Below are positions 37,121-48,257 of a stretch of 64,000 nt of DNA, one piece after another. Location of the stretch: positions 124,001-188,000 of the IMG/VR virus record IMGVR_UViG_3300025161_000004, one strand, 5' to 3'. A model generated the notes under the pieces. The model saw only the letters and a program-made list of their open reading frames with translations. It did not search any database and was not told the DNA's origin. Both the position numbers and the translations under genes were made by a program. Position 1 is the first letter of the stretch. Each line of letters starts with the position of its first letter.

Positions 37121-38776
37121 CTACACTAAATCGCCGATACCAAACACTTCAAGACCATCGCAAAGAATTTTACCGTAGTAACGGTTTAAGATCATCTTCT
37201 TAGCGTAACGAGTCATAATACCACGAATAGGTTTGAAGTCAAATGGATTGTACATTACTGGTGTTAACTGCATTGGTATATATGGTGCGTAGATGTAACC
37301 AGATTCCAAGATTGACGAACCCTTATGACCAATCAAAACAGTGTTTGGTGGTGAATAAGGATCACGATATACTTGGTAACGGTTTTGTAATACACCAATC
37401 TTTTCTATACCCATGTTATACTTATCTTGCTCAGGAGCGGCATTAGATACATGGAAGTATTCTAAATCGTCAAACACAGCAGACACTTCAGGTGATACAA
37501 CAACCCATGTAGCACCACCTCTTAAAGTTGACTTATGGATTTGAGCAGAGATTTGGTTAATCTTGGTCATCAAGGTCTGATTCCAGTCCTTTTGTGTACC
37601 ATAATAAACGTTGGTTTGCTTACGCAATCCGTTGTAATCCCAGCGTAATGTCCAAGCCGCACCTCTACGCAAATCTCTAAGAACTTCACGATCGATTTCA
37701 GCTGCCATTTGCTCCGACAACAATGCTGTCAATTCAGCTTCAGCGTCAATATTATGGAATGCGCTTACGTCTTGAGCAAGTTCAGGAGTCCACTGTGATC
37801 TCATCTTGCGAGTTTCAACAGCAACAGTAACTTCATCTAATTCGAAAGTAACTTCTGCCATTTCCGAATCCTCTTCAAGATCAGAGTATACTCTATAAGT
37901 AACAACGAAATCGGTTGTTGTTCCAGCAGTTAAACCTTTATAGCCATCTTGCCCAGGATATGATAAGTCTAAAGTTAATACAAGTTGTCCTTGTTTATTA
38001 ACAATAGCCTGACCATATTTTTGTACTTTGACACTATAAGGAATAGGTTCACCAGCAGCAATTGAAGCATCTTGGAATGGTGCAGGAGCATTTAAATCAT
38101 CTACAGCGGTCACTTTAAGTGATGCTAAGAATGATTCAGTATCCATAGGAACACCAGAAGGACCTACAAGTTTACCATTTGAGATTGAGAAACCAGATAC
38201 AGTTAAAGTAGCAACTCTGTCACCATCAGTATAAGATGGATCAAGATAAGTTGTACCACTAACAACTGTAAAACGTCCCTTGCTTCTATCAAATAATGAT
38301 GTACCTTCATCACCATACTCAGTAGCATAGAATGCATCATACAATGATCTTTGTTCGTACTGAGTTCTTTGAGATGGTGTCAAAGTAGCTGCATTCGAAT
38401 AAGCACCATCAGGTGAAGTGTGCTCGTTAGCAGAACCTCTAACAGAAATCTTAGGATTAATGTAATATAATTTGCCAATTGGCAAGTTCAAAGCCTGAAC
38501 AGATACGATGTCGTTTGCTAACAATTTAGCAAATACACGTCTGATAACAGGGAATGCAACTGTTTCGAATTGTCCTGAAGATGCTGAATCTGTTGATTCG
38601 TTAATCATATAAGATAACTGATTCTCAAATAATTGAGCACAGTTCTCTTTTATGTGACCCTCAAGCCCTTCTAAAAGTCCAATCTTTTCCCATCTGTTGG
38701 TAGTAATTTCTCTTTGTTCTCTTAATTGCTTAAGACCGATATTACCAACTTCTGCACTTTCAATTAAAAATCCCAT
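37121..38776 (-). CDS. gp23: Major capsid protein (T4 gp23-like)
   Basis: FPVIRRVF...VSVQAL, AEAELTALLSEQMAAEIDRE, GYIYAPYIP, FKPIRGIMTRYAK. Confidence 0.95.
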   Translation of the reverse strand: MGFLIESAEVGNIGLKQLREQREITTNRWEKIGLLEGLEGHIKENCAQLFENQLSYMINESTDSASSGQFETVAFPVIRRVFAKLLANDIVSVQALNLPIGKLYYINPKISVRGSANEHTSPDGAYSNAATLTPSQRTQYEQRSLYDAFYATEYGDEGTSLFDRSKGRFTVVSGTTYLDPSYTDGDRVATLTVSGFSISNGKLVGPSGVPMDTESFLASLKVTAVDDLNAPAPFQDASIAAGEPIPYSVKVQKYGQAIVNKQGQLVLTLDLSYPGQDGYKGLTAGTTTDFVVTYRVYSDLEEDSEMAEVTFELDEVTVAVETRKMRSQWTPELAQDVSAFHNIDAEAELTALLSEQMAAEIDREVLRDLRRGAAWTLRWDYNGLRKQTNVYYGTQKDWNQTLMTKINQISAQIHKSTLRGGATWVVVSPEVSAVFDDLEYFHVSNAAPEQDKYNMGIEKIGVLQNRYQVYRDPYSPPNTVLIGHKGSSILESGYIYAPYIPMQLTPVMYNPFDFKPIRGIMTRYAKKMILNRYYGKILCDGLEVFGIGDLV

Positions 38777-38808
38777 TTTTAATTTTTTGATTTAATTATT
38801 AATAATTA

Positions 38809-40224
38809 TTATTTCTTTTTTATACCGTAATCCATTAATTTTTTAATCCTATTCACGTGCTCATTTACAAATACTGTATTTTCTACTACAGTACCTAAAA
38901 CATTAGCACTTGAAGGTTGGATTGAGTCGGTTAGTTTTTCTTCGATAGATTCGTTAACCGACTTCTTTTTCTTAGAAATTTCAGAAATTATTTCTCTATA
39001 TTTTTTTTCTGATTCTTCTAATGTCGATACCTTTTTGAATCTATCGATGATGCTCTTTTTTTCACTACTTGTCAATGTAAAATCTTCATTCAAAAGAATG
39101 TTGTTTACATGTGCCAAGTTGTTGTTAAACACAGCCATTTCAGTAAGTTGCTTTCTATACTTCTCAAGAGCAGAACGGTATTGATCAACAACACCAGCTA
39201 ATTCGTTAGCTTTAGCTTTGTTCTCGTTGAGCTTTTTTGTTAGCTTCTTATTTTCCTCCAATAATGAAGAAAGTTTTTTAGATTCCTGAACTGCACTTCT
39301 AACTTTGTTTTTTGCATAGTTTTTGTAATCTAATCGTGGTGTTTTATTACCACTAACTTTCTTATTATTTGAAAGTGAAATGCCATGTGCTTCATCCACT
39401 TCTTTGCCTTTTTCGTGACCATCAGAAGCTACCACTTCAGACATTTTATCTCTTTTTTCATCTGTAAATGGTGCAACATCAGTCACCTTAGCCTTTTTTT
39501 CTTTTTTCATTTTATTAGATTTATACATTTCGAACATTTCGTTATATTTCTGCTCACCTAATGATTCCTTAAATTCTTCACCATACATCTCAGTCATTTT
39601 ACTATCAAACTCATTTTGGTAACTTTCAACAGAAAGTTTTTCTTCTATTGCCTTGATAGCTTCACTAAGTTCTTCATGCATTTTTTTCATGAATTTATAT
39701 GGATCAGAAGTCTCAGATTCTTTTATTCCTGAATTATCATCAGTAACTAAATCATCAATAAACATTTTTTCAGAATAATTACTCATGCGTGTTAATTCTT
39801 CCTCAATTTCTTTCATCATATCGTCACTGATAATATCATCATCCGATTCTGAGTTAGAATCACTAACAATTTCAATCTCATCTTCAGAATTAGCATTGTC
39901 ATATGCAGCCTCTATGTCATCAAGACTTAGATTTGTCATATTTAATACTTCGTCATCACAACACGATTGTTCTTTATTCGCCAATTTATCTCCAATAGTA
40001 GGCTCTTCAGTATTATCCGAAACGGACTCTTTATTTTTTTGTGATTCTTTATTAATGTCAACAGTAGTTGACTCATTAATTGTGGATTTATTTAATTCTT
40101 CTTTTAAGAATTTATCAAACTCTTTAGGCATGGCATTAGCTAATTTTTCCATAGCTGATTTTTCTGCAGCTTCTTTAATCTGTTTTACCTCTAAAACAGC
40201 TTCCTCTAATACTGATTTACTCAT
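38809..40224 (-). CDS. Prohead core scaffold protein (gp22-like)
   Basis: Acidic coiled-coil protein between the protease and capsid genes; late motif at 40256-40263. Confidence 0.8.
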   Translation of the reverse strand: MSKSVLEEAVLEVKQIKEAAEKSAMEKLANAMPKEFDKFLKEELNKSTINESTTVDINKESQKNKESVSDNTEEPTIGDKLANKEQSCCDDEVLNMTNLSLDDIEAAYDNANSEDEIEIVSDSNSESDDDIISDDMMKEIEEELTRMSNYSEKMFIDDLVTDDNSGIKESETSDPYKFMKKMHEELSEAIKAIEEKLSVESYQNEFDSKMTEMYGEEFKESLGEQKYNEMFEMYKSNKMKKEKKAKVTDVAPFTDEKRDKMSEVVASDGHEKGKEVDEAHGISLSNNKKVSGNKTPRLDYKNYAKNKVRSAVQESKKLSSLLEENKKLTKKLNENKAKANELAGVVDQYRSALEKYRKQLTEMAVFNNNLAHVNNILLNEDFTLTSSEKKSIIDRFKKVSTLEESEKKYREIISEISKKKKSVNESIEEKLTDSIQPSSANVLGTVVENTVFVNEHVNRIKKLMDYGIKKK

Positions 40225-40315
40225 AGAAAATTGCCTTTATGTTTTTTTCTTAATTATAAATAGTAATTTATTTTTAAAAAGTACAGTTTTTTATAAAAAA
40301 TGGTAATTAAAAGAA

Positions 40316-41023
40316 TTATTTTATTAGAAACTTATTCAATACATTTAATACATTATCATACTCATTTATTGAATTCTTATTAGAAACATGACTTTCACCA
40401 AGTCCATTAAATGATGTCATTTCAGGAAAAAGATATGCACCGGGTGTACTCGGTGATGCAACTAAATCAAAACAAATTAATTCGAAATCGTCTTGAACAA
40501 TATTATCACCATTAACCTGTTTAAGTGTTCCAATACCTCTACTTGAAATACCCAATCTAATACCTCTTTTTAGATATTCGACTATCTTGTCACCAATCAT
40601 ACACACAATTCCATTACGCATATATGCTGGAGATGTGATAATCTCTATTTGACCAAATAACACGTTCTGATTTTCGCCACTACCCCACCAAGTCTTTTTA
40701 ATTAGATGTGATACATTATTTAAAGACACCACAGATGAATCTGGATGGTCTGCTTCAGATATAGCAGAAGAATTTTCAACCATATTTTTTACATAATTAT
40801 CAACCTCACGCATTAATACCTCTTTAGGGTATATTCTACCGTTTTTATTTTTTACACCCCATTTTTGAAGTATACAATTAACTAAAACAGGTTTATCAGG
40901 ATCAAATTTAAATTTGGTTGATTCTGTGACAAGTGTGGGGTTCAATTCCAAATCAATATAACCAGCATCATGCTCAATAAGAATTCCGTAACCAGTCTCG
41001 TTTTTCCCTAAAATTTTAGACAT
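40316..41023 (-). CDS. gp21: Prohead protease (T4 gp21-like)
   Basis: KNKNGRIYP, EADHP (His), GISSRGIG (Ser), FDLVASPSTPGA. Confidence 0.95.
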   Translation of the reverse strand: MSKILGKNETGYGILIEHDAGYIDLELNPTLVTESTKFKFDPDKPVLVNCILQKWGVKNKNGRIYPKEVLMREVDNYVKNMVENSSAISEADHPDSSVVSLNNVSHLIKKTWWGSGENQNVLFGQIEIITSPAYMRNGIVCMIGDKIVEYLKRGIRLGISSRGIGTLKQVNGDNIVQDDFELICFDLVASPSTPGAYLFPEMTSFNGLGESHVSNKNSINEYDNVLNVLNKFLIK

Positions 41024-41024
41024 A

Positions 41025-41456
41025 TTAGTTTTTTTTCTTTTTATAAATACTATTTTCTTCTATAATTTTATATCTAGTTATAGTAGAATTAGGCTTATAA
41101 ACTATTATTATTTCACAATTATCAAGACAACTAATAATATGTTGTGTTTTTGGTGGTATTAATATGGTATTAGGTGAATGAACTAGGGCATGGTCATCAT
41201 GTTCTGGGAAATTAATATTTAATAATCCTTTCACACAAATAATTCTTTTAAATTCATTGTTCACAATAATCCCAGTACTATAATCCTTATCTAATCTCAA
41301 TATTTGATACGTAGTCTCACCATTATCATTAATAAATATATTATCACCATAAATTAATTCTACTTCATTTTTTTCGGCTAACTGTTCAATTCTTTCGTTT
41401 ATGTATGAATTAATCTTTTTTAGTGCCCTTAATTTATCATAGTTGTCGAGAGTCAT
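41025..41456 (-). CDS. Cupin-like protein
   Basis: FPEHDDH...ILIPPKTQHII; ATGA-coupled to the upstream gene. Confidence 0.5.
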   Translation of the reverse strand: MTLDNYDKLRALKKINSYINERIEQLAEKNEVELIYGDNIFINDNGETTYQILRLDKDYSTGIIVNNEFKRIICVKGLLNINFPEHDDHALVHSPNTILIPPKTQHIISCLDNCEIIIVYKPNSTITRYKIIEENSIYKKKKN

Positions 41457-41962
41457 TTTATTTCCTTTTTTATTGATTCAATTGATGATATTATTCTATT
41501 TTCCATTTCTTGAAGTTTCATATAGATACTATTTCTATTTGTTTGATCCATTTTTTCGCCCATTTCAAGTAATGATGTAACCCCATTCAAGACGTTTAAT
41601 GTTTCTTTTTCAGATTCAAGCCATTGTCTTGACCTTTCTTCCTCTCTTTTAATCGCATTATTTTGAATTGCTTCGATTTTTTGAGCATGTTCAGAATTTA
41701 ACTTCTTTATTTCATCAGCATGAGCAGCATTTAATTTTTTCACCTCATCATTATGTTTATTCTGAAGCTCATTTAGTTTATTTAAAAATTCTTCTTGTAG
41801 TATGAGATGTTCATCTTTTGTTTTTTCATACTTTCTAAAAAGAAAATAGCAAACACCAAATAATATTAATACAATTGATACAAGTACACCTGAAACTATA
41901 CTGGTTTCTGATGCTTTATCAAAACCCTCAAGACTAATCTGCGCTAATATTGTGTATATCAT
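41453..41962 (-). CDS. Single-pass membrane protein with coiled coil (holin-like candidate)
   Basis: TM segment IVSGVLVSIVLILFGVCYFLF; late motif at 41984-41991. Confidence 0.55.
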   Translation of the reverse strand: MIYTILAQISLEGFDKASETSIVSGVLVSIVLILFGVCYFLFRKYEKTKDEHLILQEEFLNKLNELQNKHNDEVKKLNAAHADEIKKLNSEHAQKIEAIQNNAIKREEERSRQWLESEKETLNVLNGVTSLLEMGEKMDQTNRNSIYMKLQEMENRIISSIESIKKEIK

Positions 41963-42062
41963 TTTTTATTACTATCTTTAAAAATAAATACTGATTTTTC
42001 ATGCATAAACTATATATTGAACGGTTTTAATAGGATTACTATTTATATTTAAATTTTAAAAT

Positions 42063-45000
42063 ATGCCAACATCAAAAGTTAACCTTATTGACCCGATTGA
42101 TGTAGTATCAAAATTTCAATCGAACTATAATGGTATGCCAGAATATGAGAAGATATCAATATTTGTTGAGTTGTCTGTCATAAGAAGAGGCAAAACAATT
42201 ATGGTAGCATCTGCACAAGGTGTAAATCAAGAAACTGACACAACAACTGTCAACATAAATATGTTAGGTTTTGAACAATCAAGCAATTCTCCATTTAATA
42301 AGTATCACACAACAAACTGGACGAATAATACTGCAGATGGAAAAACTCGTTATGAGGGATTTGGAATTGAATCAATAAATATCTCAATAACACCAAGTGC
42401 TGTACCTATCGTAAATATAGAATTTGTCGATGTAAAAGGAATGAATCTTTTAAATAAGGGTTCTGATTCACCATATGCTGTATTATATGATTTTCCTCCT
42501 CCAATATTCACTTTGACAATAAAAGGTTATTATGGTAAAAAATTAACGTATACGCTTCATCTTCTTGAACAGAGTACAAGATTTGACGGTACAAGTGGTA
42601 ATTATTACATATCAGCAAAGTTTACGTCAAGAACATTTTCACCATTGACCGACATACTTTTTAACTATATTAAAGTTATACCATTTATGGATACTAATGG
42701 TAGTACTGCTTTTACCGAAAGTAGTAGTAAAGTAAAAGTACCACCTCCAACAAACACATATGAATTGATACAAAATTTAAAAAGGAGAAATACTGAAATA
42801 ATTAAATTAAATAATACATCTGAAGAACTTAAAACAGTAAAAGAATCATTATTAAAATTTGAAAAGGTTAAAAATGCATTAGAATCAATAGATAAAATAC
42901 TTTTTAATTATTCTGAAGGCTTTAGTAATCAAACAAGAATATTACTGCATAACGCAGACTTTGCCAATGATCCTCAATCAAAAGAAAACGAAATCGAATT
43001 TTTGAATAGTGTTAGTGAATATAATTCATATATTAGAGATAACGATATACCAAATGATTACAGAAAAAGATTAATACTTGCAATCATAAATAGAACCACT
43101 GTTGACGGCAATACTAATGTAAAAGCGGAAGATAGTAGTCAATATAATGCGAAATTGACTTTGCTCGATAAAACTATAACAGAAAATTTATTAAAAAATA
43201 TTACCGAAATAATACCATTACCATCTAATAGAAAAGGGTTAATAAGGAGTGTATCATCAACAAATATACCAGATAAATTATCTATTAACGGAACTAAAAT
43301 AGAAAGAACTAGTTTTCTTGGTATCGATATAACTAAGTACTATGTTACTCTTTATAATGAAAAAAATAAAATAAAAAAGGATTACGAGACAGCTAAAAAG
43401 AAGTATGATGATCTTGTTAATGAAAGGACGATTGAAACATTAGGATTTAAACCAACATTAAATAATGTTTTTAGTATATTAGCTAATGATTGTGATAAAT
43501 TTTTTAGTAAATTAATTGATGTGGGTGCTAAAAGTGATGAACATCACGAAGAATTTAGATCACAAATAATATCAAATACTAATTCAAAAAATAAGGCTAA
43601 TATTCCTATTGGTGCATTTCCATTATGTTTTAAGTTGACGACTACAAGTTCATCTAGTGGTGATGGAAGTAAGTCATATAATAGAGTCGATAGAGCTTAT
43701 CCGACAGAAATACAACAATTTAGACAATTACCTAAACCATTCCCAGAAGTTGATTTTGTTGAAAAATTTATTAATGCGTCAATCGAACTATCTAAATTAG
43801 ATAGATTTAACTCAGCAAAAGAAACAACAGATGTTATCGGAAATAATTTATGGTTTCCAATTAATCCAGTGGATACCACATTAAAATCTTCATATTCAAA
43901 TGAATCACCATATTTTCAATTAGAAAGGAAAATTAGTGGATATTCATTGAATTTATTATATGATATTATTTTAAATAGATATTATATATTATCACAATTT
44001 ACTAATAATGATTTCTTTCTTGATAATGAAGAATATGTTATACTTGCTGCTAAATCCGAAGCAATAAATATTGCTAAATCATTTATAGATAGAGGTTTGT
44101 TGGGTTTATTAAAACAAAATGCAAAAAATCATAAAATATACTCTAATTTTATTGAATGGATAAAAAATCCAAAAAATAATGTAAGATATTATTCATCATT
44201 AAATGGTACTACTGAGTTTGCAAAATTTGATAATAGTGATATTAAATTTTATAGGTCAAGAAATAATGAGAATTTTGTTGGATTTGATTATGTTGATAAC
44301 AACATAACGATATCAGAAAGAGTTATTCAAGAAAACAGTGATGATATCCTCGATCAATTCATTAATGAACAAAGAAGTACTTGGACAAAAGTATCTAACT
44401 TTTTTACAGGGAGCAACTCTAACGTACAAAAGTTTAGTAAAGAGAATTTAATTTATTTTCCAGATGAAAATAAAAGCGAAGATGAATACGATTCTAAATT
44501 CATTGAAGGTGATTCAACTGTTGAATTATGGTCAGATTATATCACCGATGATGGTGAAACATTAAAAGAGGTATTCACTAACGATAGCAAATTTAATCAT
44601 TTTCAAAAGGCATTTTTTATTGTTAGTAATATCGGAAGAACAAGAAGTTTTTTTAGTTACGAAAAGGGTATTATTGGCAAGTTTAGTGTTGGCTCTGTAG
44701 TTCAAGTACCTCAATTTTCAAATTTATATATGGGTGCTTTAGCCTTAGCTTATCATGATGATATTCAAAGACCATCACCATCATATTATTCTGATATGAT
44801 TGACAAATTAATAAATGATTTACCATTATTTGAAAGCGGATCCTTGTATCCGTTTTTTACTAAATTTAGATTATATGGACTTCAACAAAATAATATTGTA
44901 ACGTTAGGCGATAATGAATTAATTAAATATTTATCAAAAAATGATGCCCAAAAATTTGTCGATGAATTTATCAGATTTGTTGGTGCAGATGCGAATAATG

Positions 45001-46526
45001 ATGTGAACGGTGAAGGGTATGAATATCAAAGAGTCCTTGATTCAATAATTGATATTATTGATAATACTGAGATACCCGAAGATGAAAGTAGCAAAAATAA
45101 GAAGATTAGATATCAGGAAGAATTAAAATCATCTTACTTTATTAAGTATATAAATAATGATAGATATATTTTAAATTTTTCAGATATTACATTTAAAATA
45201 AGAGATAAAAAATTTGATAAAGAATCATTTGTACCCATAAGTGAACTAAGTGGTAATAGTTTACGTAGAACAACATTATATTTCAATCAATTCTTTTCTC
45301 AATTAATAAATTCTATTGACGATAGAAATACTGAGTTAGATAATCTTGACAAAGAAATTGTCGGTAAATTAAATGATAATGATATAAGAAATCAAATGTA
45401 TTATTCATTTAAAACCATTTATGATAGATGGATTCCATCGCCCAATTTTATACCGAAAAATGGTAAAATTACACAGTTAGGTGTAAATGGCGGATTTCCA
45501 TTAACAGGTAAACCACTATTTCAGAGTTTTAAATTTGTTGATAGAGCATTTAATGATATTGGTGATAAGGTACAATTAAATATCGATTCACTAATCGATA
45601 TGGAAAAAGATTTTGATTTAAGTGTATTTCAAGTAATGAGTAGAATATTATCGGAAAATAATTTTGAGTTTTTTCCTCTTGAGAATTTTATGGTTTTCGA
45701 TAGTGGAAAATATAAATGGGAGGATGCATTCAAAATAAGTGAAACGTTAGATCAGCCAAATGAACCTTATTTTATCTGTATGCATATTGGTGGTACAGCA
45801 TCTTCATTAGATATTGAAAAAAGTGAAACGGAAGATACTGGTATTAAGGATTTAGAAAGAGAACTACCAGTAGATTTTATTAATAATAATGATTCAGATG
45901 ACCCATTCTATGCCAATATTAACGCATTTAGAGTTAGATTTGGAGAGCAAAATCAATCATTCTTTACTGACATTCAGTTTGATCAAAAAGAATTTACTGA
46001 AACAAACGAATCACTATCAATACTATCATCTATTGCAGATGATCAAGGTAACTCCTCACCAATCCCTAAAGGACAGAATTTATTCAATATATATTCTCAA
46101 AGATCATACACTGCAAAGGTTAGTGGTCTTGGAAATGCTATGATACAACCAATGCAATATTTTCAAATAGAAAATGTACCTATATTTAGTGGCGCATACA
46201 TTATTCTGAAAGTTGAACATCAAATAACTCCAAATCATATGACAACATCTTTTGAAGGTATGAGGTTATCAAAAATACCAGTTCCATTTGTGACCGATTC
46301 ATTTACTTCATCAGACTTTAATCAACAAACATCACAAAATTCAACAGAACAAGATAATGACACAGGAACACCTAATAGTGTTATTAATAACAGTAACTTT
46401 TCAAGAACACAAACAGATGATGGTTTTCCAGATAATACACAATATCCGAATCCATCCATTACAAATAGTATGGATAATTTATTTAGTACAGTGAATACAA
46501 CACCATTAAAAACAGATAATTCTTAA
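42063..46526 (+). CDS. Large baseplate hub protein (gp27/gpD-like C-terminus)
   Basis: YTAKVSGLGNAMIQPMQYFQIENVPIFSGAYIILKVEHQI...TTSFEG; late motif at 42039-42046. Confidence 0.7.
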   Translation: MPTSKVNLIDPIDVVSKFQSNYNGMPEYEKISIFVELSVIRRGKTIMVASAQGVNQETDTTTVNINMLGFEQSSNSPFNKYHTTNWTNNTADGKTRYEGFGIESINISITPSAVPIVNIEFVDVKGMNLLNKGSDSPYAVLYDFPPPIFTLTIKGYYGKKLTYTLHLLEQSTRFDGTSGNYYISAKFTSRTFSPLTDILFNYIKVIPFMDTNGSTAFTESSSKVKVPPPTNTYELIQNLKRRNTEIIKLNNTSEELKTVKESLLKFEKVKNALESIDKILFNYSEGFSNQTRILLHNADFANDPQSKENEIEFLNSVSEYNSYIRDNDIPNDYRKRLILAIINRTTVDGNTNVKAEDSSQYNAKLTLLDKTITENLLKNITEIIPLPSNRKGLIRSVSSTNIPDKLSINGTKIERTSFLGIDITKYYVTLYNEKNKIKKDYETAKKKYDDLVNERTIETLGFKPTLNNVFSILANDCDKFFSKLIDVGAKSDEHHEEFRSQIISNTNSKNKANIPIGAFPLCFKLTTTSSSSGDGSKSYNRVDRAYPTEIQQFRQLPKPFPEVDFVEKFINASIELSKLDRFNSAKETTDVIGNNLWFPINPVDTTLKSSYSNESPYFQLERKISGYSLNLLYDIILNRYYILSQFTNNDFFLDNEEYVILAAKSEAINIAKSFIDRGLLGLLKQNAKNHKIYSNFIEWIKNPKNNVRYYSSLNGTTEFAKFDNSDIKFYRSRNNENFVGFDYVDNNITISERVIQENSDDILDQFINEQRSTWTKVSNFFTGSNSNVQKFSKENLIYFPDENKSEDEYDSKFIEGDSTVELWSDYITDDGETLKEVFTNDSKFNHFQKAFFIVSNIGRTRSFFSYEKGIIGKFSVGSVVQVPQFSNLYMGALALAYHDDIQRPSPSYYSDMIDKLINDLPLFESGSLYPFFTKFRLYGLQQNNIVTLGDNELIKYLSKNDAQKFVDEFIRFVGADANNDVNGEGYEYQRVLDSIIDIIDNTEIPEDESSKNKKIRYQEELKSSYFIKYINNDRYILNFSDITFKIRDKKFDKESFVPISELSGNSLRRTTLYFNQFFSQLINSIDDRNTELDNLDKEIVGKLNDNDIRNQMYYSFKTIYDRWIPSPNFIPKNGKITQLGVNGGFPLTGKPLFQSFKFVDRAFNDIGDKVQLNIDSLIDMEKDFDLSVFQVMSRILSENNFEFFPLENFMVFDSGKYKWEDAFKISETLDQPNEPYFICMHIGGTASSLDIEKSETEDTGIKDLERELPVDFINNNDSDDPFYANINAFRVRFGEQNQSFFTDIQFDQKEFTETNESLSILSSIADDQGNSSPIPKGQNLFNIYSQRSYTAKVSGLGNAMIQPMQYFQIENVPIFSGAYIILKVEHQITPNHMTTSFEGMRLSKIPVPFVTDSFTSSDFNQQTSQNSTEQDNDTGTPNSVINNSNFSRTQTDDGFPDNTQYPNPSITNSMDNLFSTVNTTPLKTDNS

Positions 46527-46537
46527 CTAAGACATAT

Positions 46538-47392
46538 ATGGCATATAAACAATTAACTGAAAAGGGTAAAGAATTTATAAAAAAAACCATAATTAATTAT
46601 GGTAGTGGTGTTTTTACTGGTAGGAATAAATATGCTGTGCCATATACCACAATACCACAAGGTACAAACATTACAAGTAAAGCATATGACGATAACGGTA
46701 ATCAGACAACAGATCCAGAAAGGTTTGCTAATTTGGTTATTAAATGGATAGAAGAATATTCGAAACAATATGGAATTGATGCTAATATTATATCAGCACA
46801 ACAATTTGCTGAAAGCGGTATGAAGCCATGGAATTACTCAAGTACTGGTGCTATGGGTTTTACTCAATTTGTTCTTTCAACTGTTGTTGAGTGGATTTTC
46901 AGAGGTGATAGTAGATTTAGTAATACTGAAATTCAAGCATTATCTCTGGGTATTAACGGAGATTTAAAAAGGGTTGAGACATTTATCACATCTAAAAGTC
47001 AATCGGAACAATATAATCAAATTAGACTTGAAAATAGAACAAAGCTATTCCAAAATATTGTTGATAACCCTAAAATAATGATAAAAGCACAAATATCATT
47101 GATGGCATATATTTCAAATAGAAATAATAGAATTGCGGCATCTACTCTTTTCGCCTATAATAGAGGTAGTGCACTAACATCAGAATCGTATGTAGACGTA
47201 ATAGTTAAAATGGCTAACATGTTTAAAGATAAAGATAGAACGAAAAAATATGGTAGAGAATACACCATAGAAGGTCTTGAATATGTTAACAGAATTTTTA
47301 CTTTATTAAATAATAGATATGGTTATAATTTAGATTTATCAATAAATGATAATGCTACCAAAGAAGTTAATATAAGAACTCAAAATTCTTAA
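46538..47392 (+). CDS. Lytic transglycosylase (SLT), probable tail-associated lysin
   Basis: YGIDANIISAQQFAESG (catalytic Glu), GAMGFTQF, AYNRG. Confidence 0.85.
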   Translation: MAYKQLTEKGKEFIKKTIINYGSGVFTGRNKYAVPYTTIPQGTNITSKAYDDNGNQTTDPERFANLVIKWIEEYSKQYGIDANIISAQQFAESGMKPWNYSSTGAMGFTQFVLSTVVEWIFRGDSRFSNTEIQALSLGINGDLKRVETFITSKSQSEQYNQIRLENRTKLFQNIVDNPKIMIKAQISLMAYISNRNNRIAASTLFAYNRGSALTSESYVDVIVKMANMFKDKDRTKKYGREYTIEGLEYVNRIFTLLNNRYGYNLDLSINDNATKEVNIRTQNS

Positions 47393-48183
47393 AGAGATTT
47401 GAGTAGGTTTAGATGGATAATATCTTCAGTTAAAGTAGACTTGTTGTAGGTCATAGCTTTAATTTTTTCAATTGACTTATTCACTTTATCTTCGTGAATC
47501 CCTTTCTCCTTTAATTTCATGAGAGAATTTAAACCCTCATTCTTTAAGGTTTCAAATAATGATTTTTTTTCTGTTTCTTCGGCAAATGCGATAATGTTTA
47601 ATATTCTTTTTTCTTCTTCCGATAACGAAGAATATCTTTCGTTAAATTTGATTAAAGCTCTCTCGATAACCAAATCAGTATTGAGTGAACTGTCTAATTT
47701 AACATTACTTTCAGATTCAGCGATAGATATTTTTGGTTTCTTTATGTGTTCAAAAACGTAAGTAAATGAATCATATAATTTATCCACATTAGTCATAACA
47801 CCATAACCATCTAATGATTCATAAATTAAAGTATGAATATTTTCATATAAATTTACCTGATTTTTATCTAGTAAAATGACACTCTCATCGATAAATTTAT
47901 CAAGTTTCTGGTGTTCAGAAATTAAATCTTGTTTGGTATATTTTTTTAATAGGGAAATATTTTCATCAATATATTTAGTGATAAGAGTGTCATTATCAAT
48001 GTGTTTGTTCTCCAAATTAGAGAATATCATGTATTCAGTTTTAAGTAAGTCTGAGTTTTTTAAAATATTAACAAACTCATTAATCTTTTTTTTGCCAAAA
48101 ACATTATCAGTACTCTCAAGAAGCACTTCTGAAAAAGTGTTTGAGATGATAGCTTTTACTATACCGAAATTAGCAATTTTCAT
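47389..48183 (-). CDS. Hypothetical head-associated (prohead core-like) protein
   Basis: Helical, near portal; late motif at 48209-48216; LLE/IDE sites. Confidence 0.55.
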   Translation of the reverse strand: MKIANFGIVKAIISNTFSEVLLESTDNVFGKKKINEFVNILKNSDLLKTEYMIFSNLENKHIDNDTLITKYIDENISLLKKYTKQDLISEHQKLDKFIDESVILLDKNQVNLYENIHTLIYESLDGYGVMTNVDKLYDSFTYVFEHIKKPKISIAESESNVKLDSSLNTDLVIERALIKFNERYSSLSEEEKRILNIIAFAEETEKKSLFETLKNEGLNSLMKLKEKGIHEDKVNKSIEKIKAMTYNKSTLTEDIIHLNLLKSL

Positions 48184-48257
48184 AAATTTTCCCTATATTT
48201 GATATATAATAAATACTACTTATTTTTTAAAAATAACATAGGTGACTATTTATAAAT

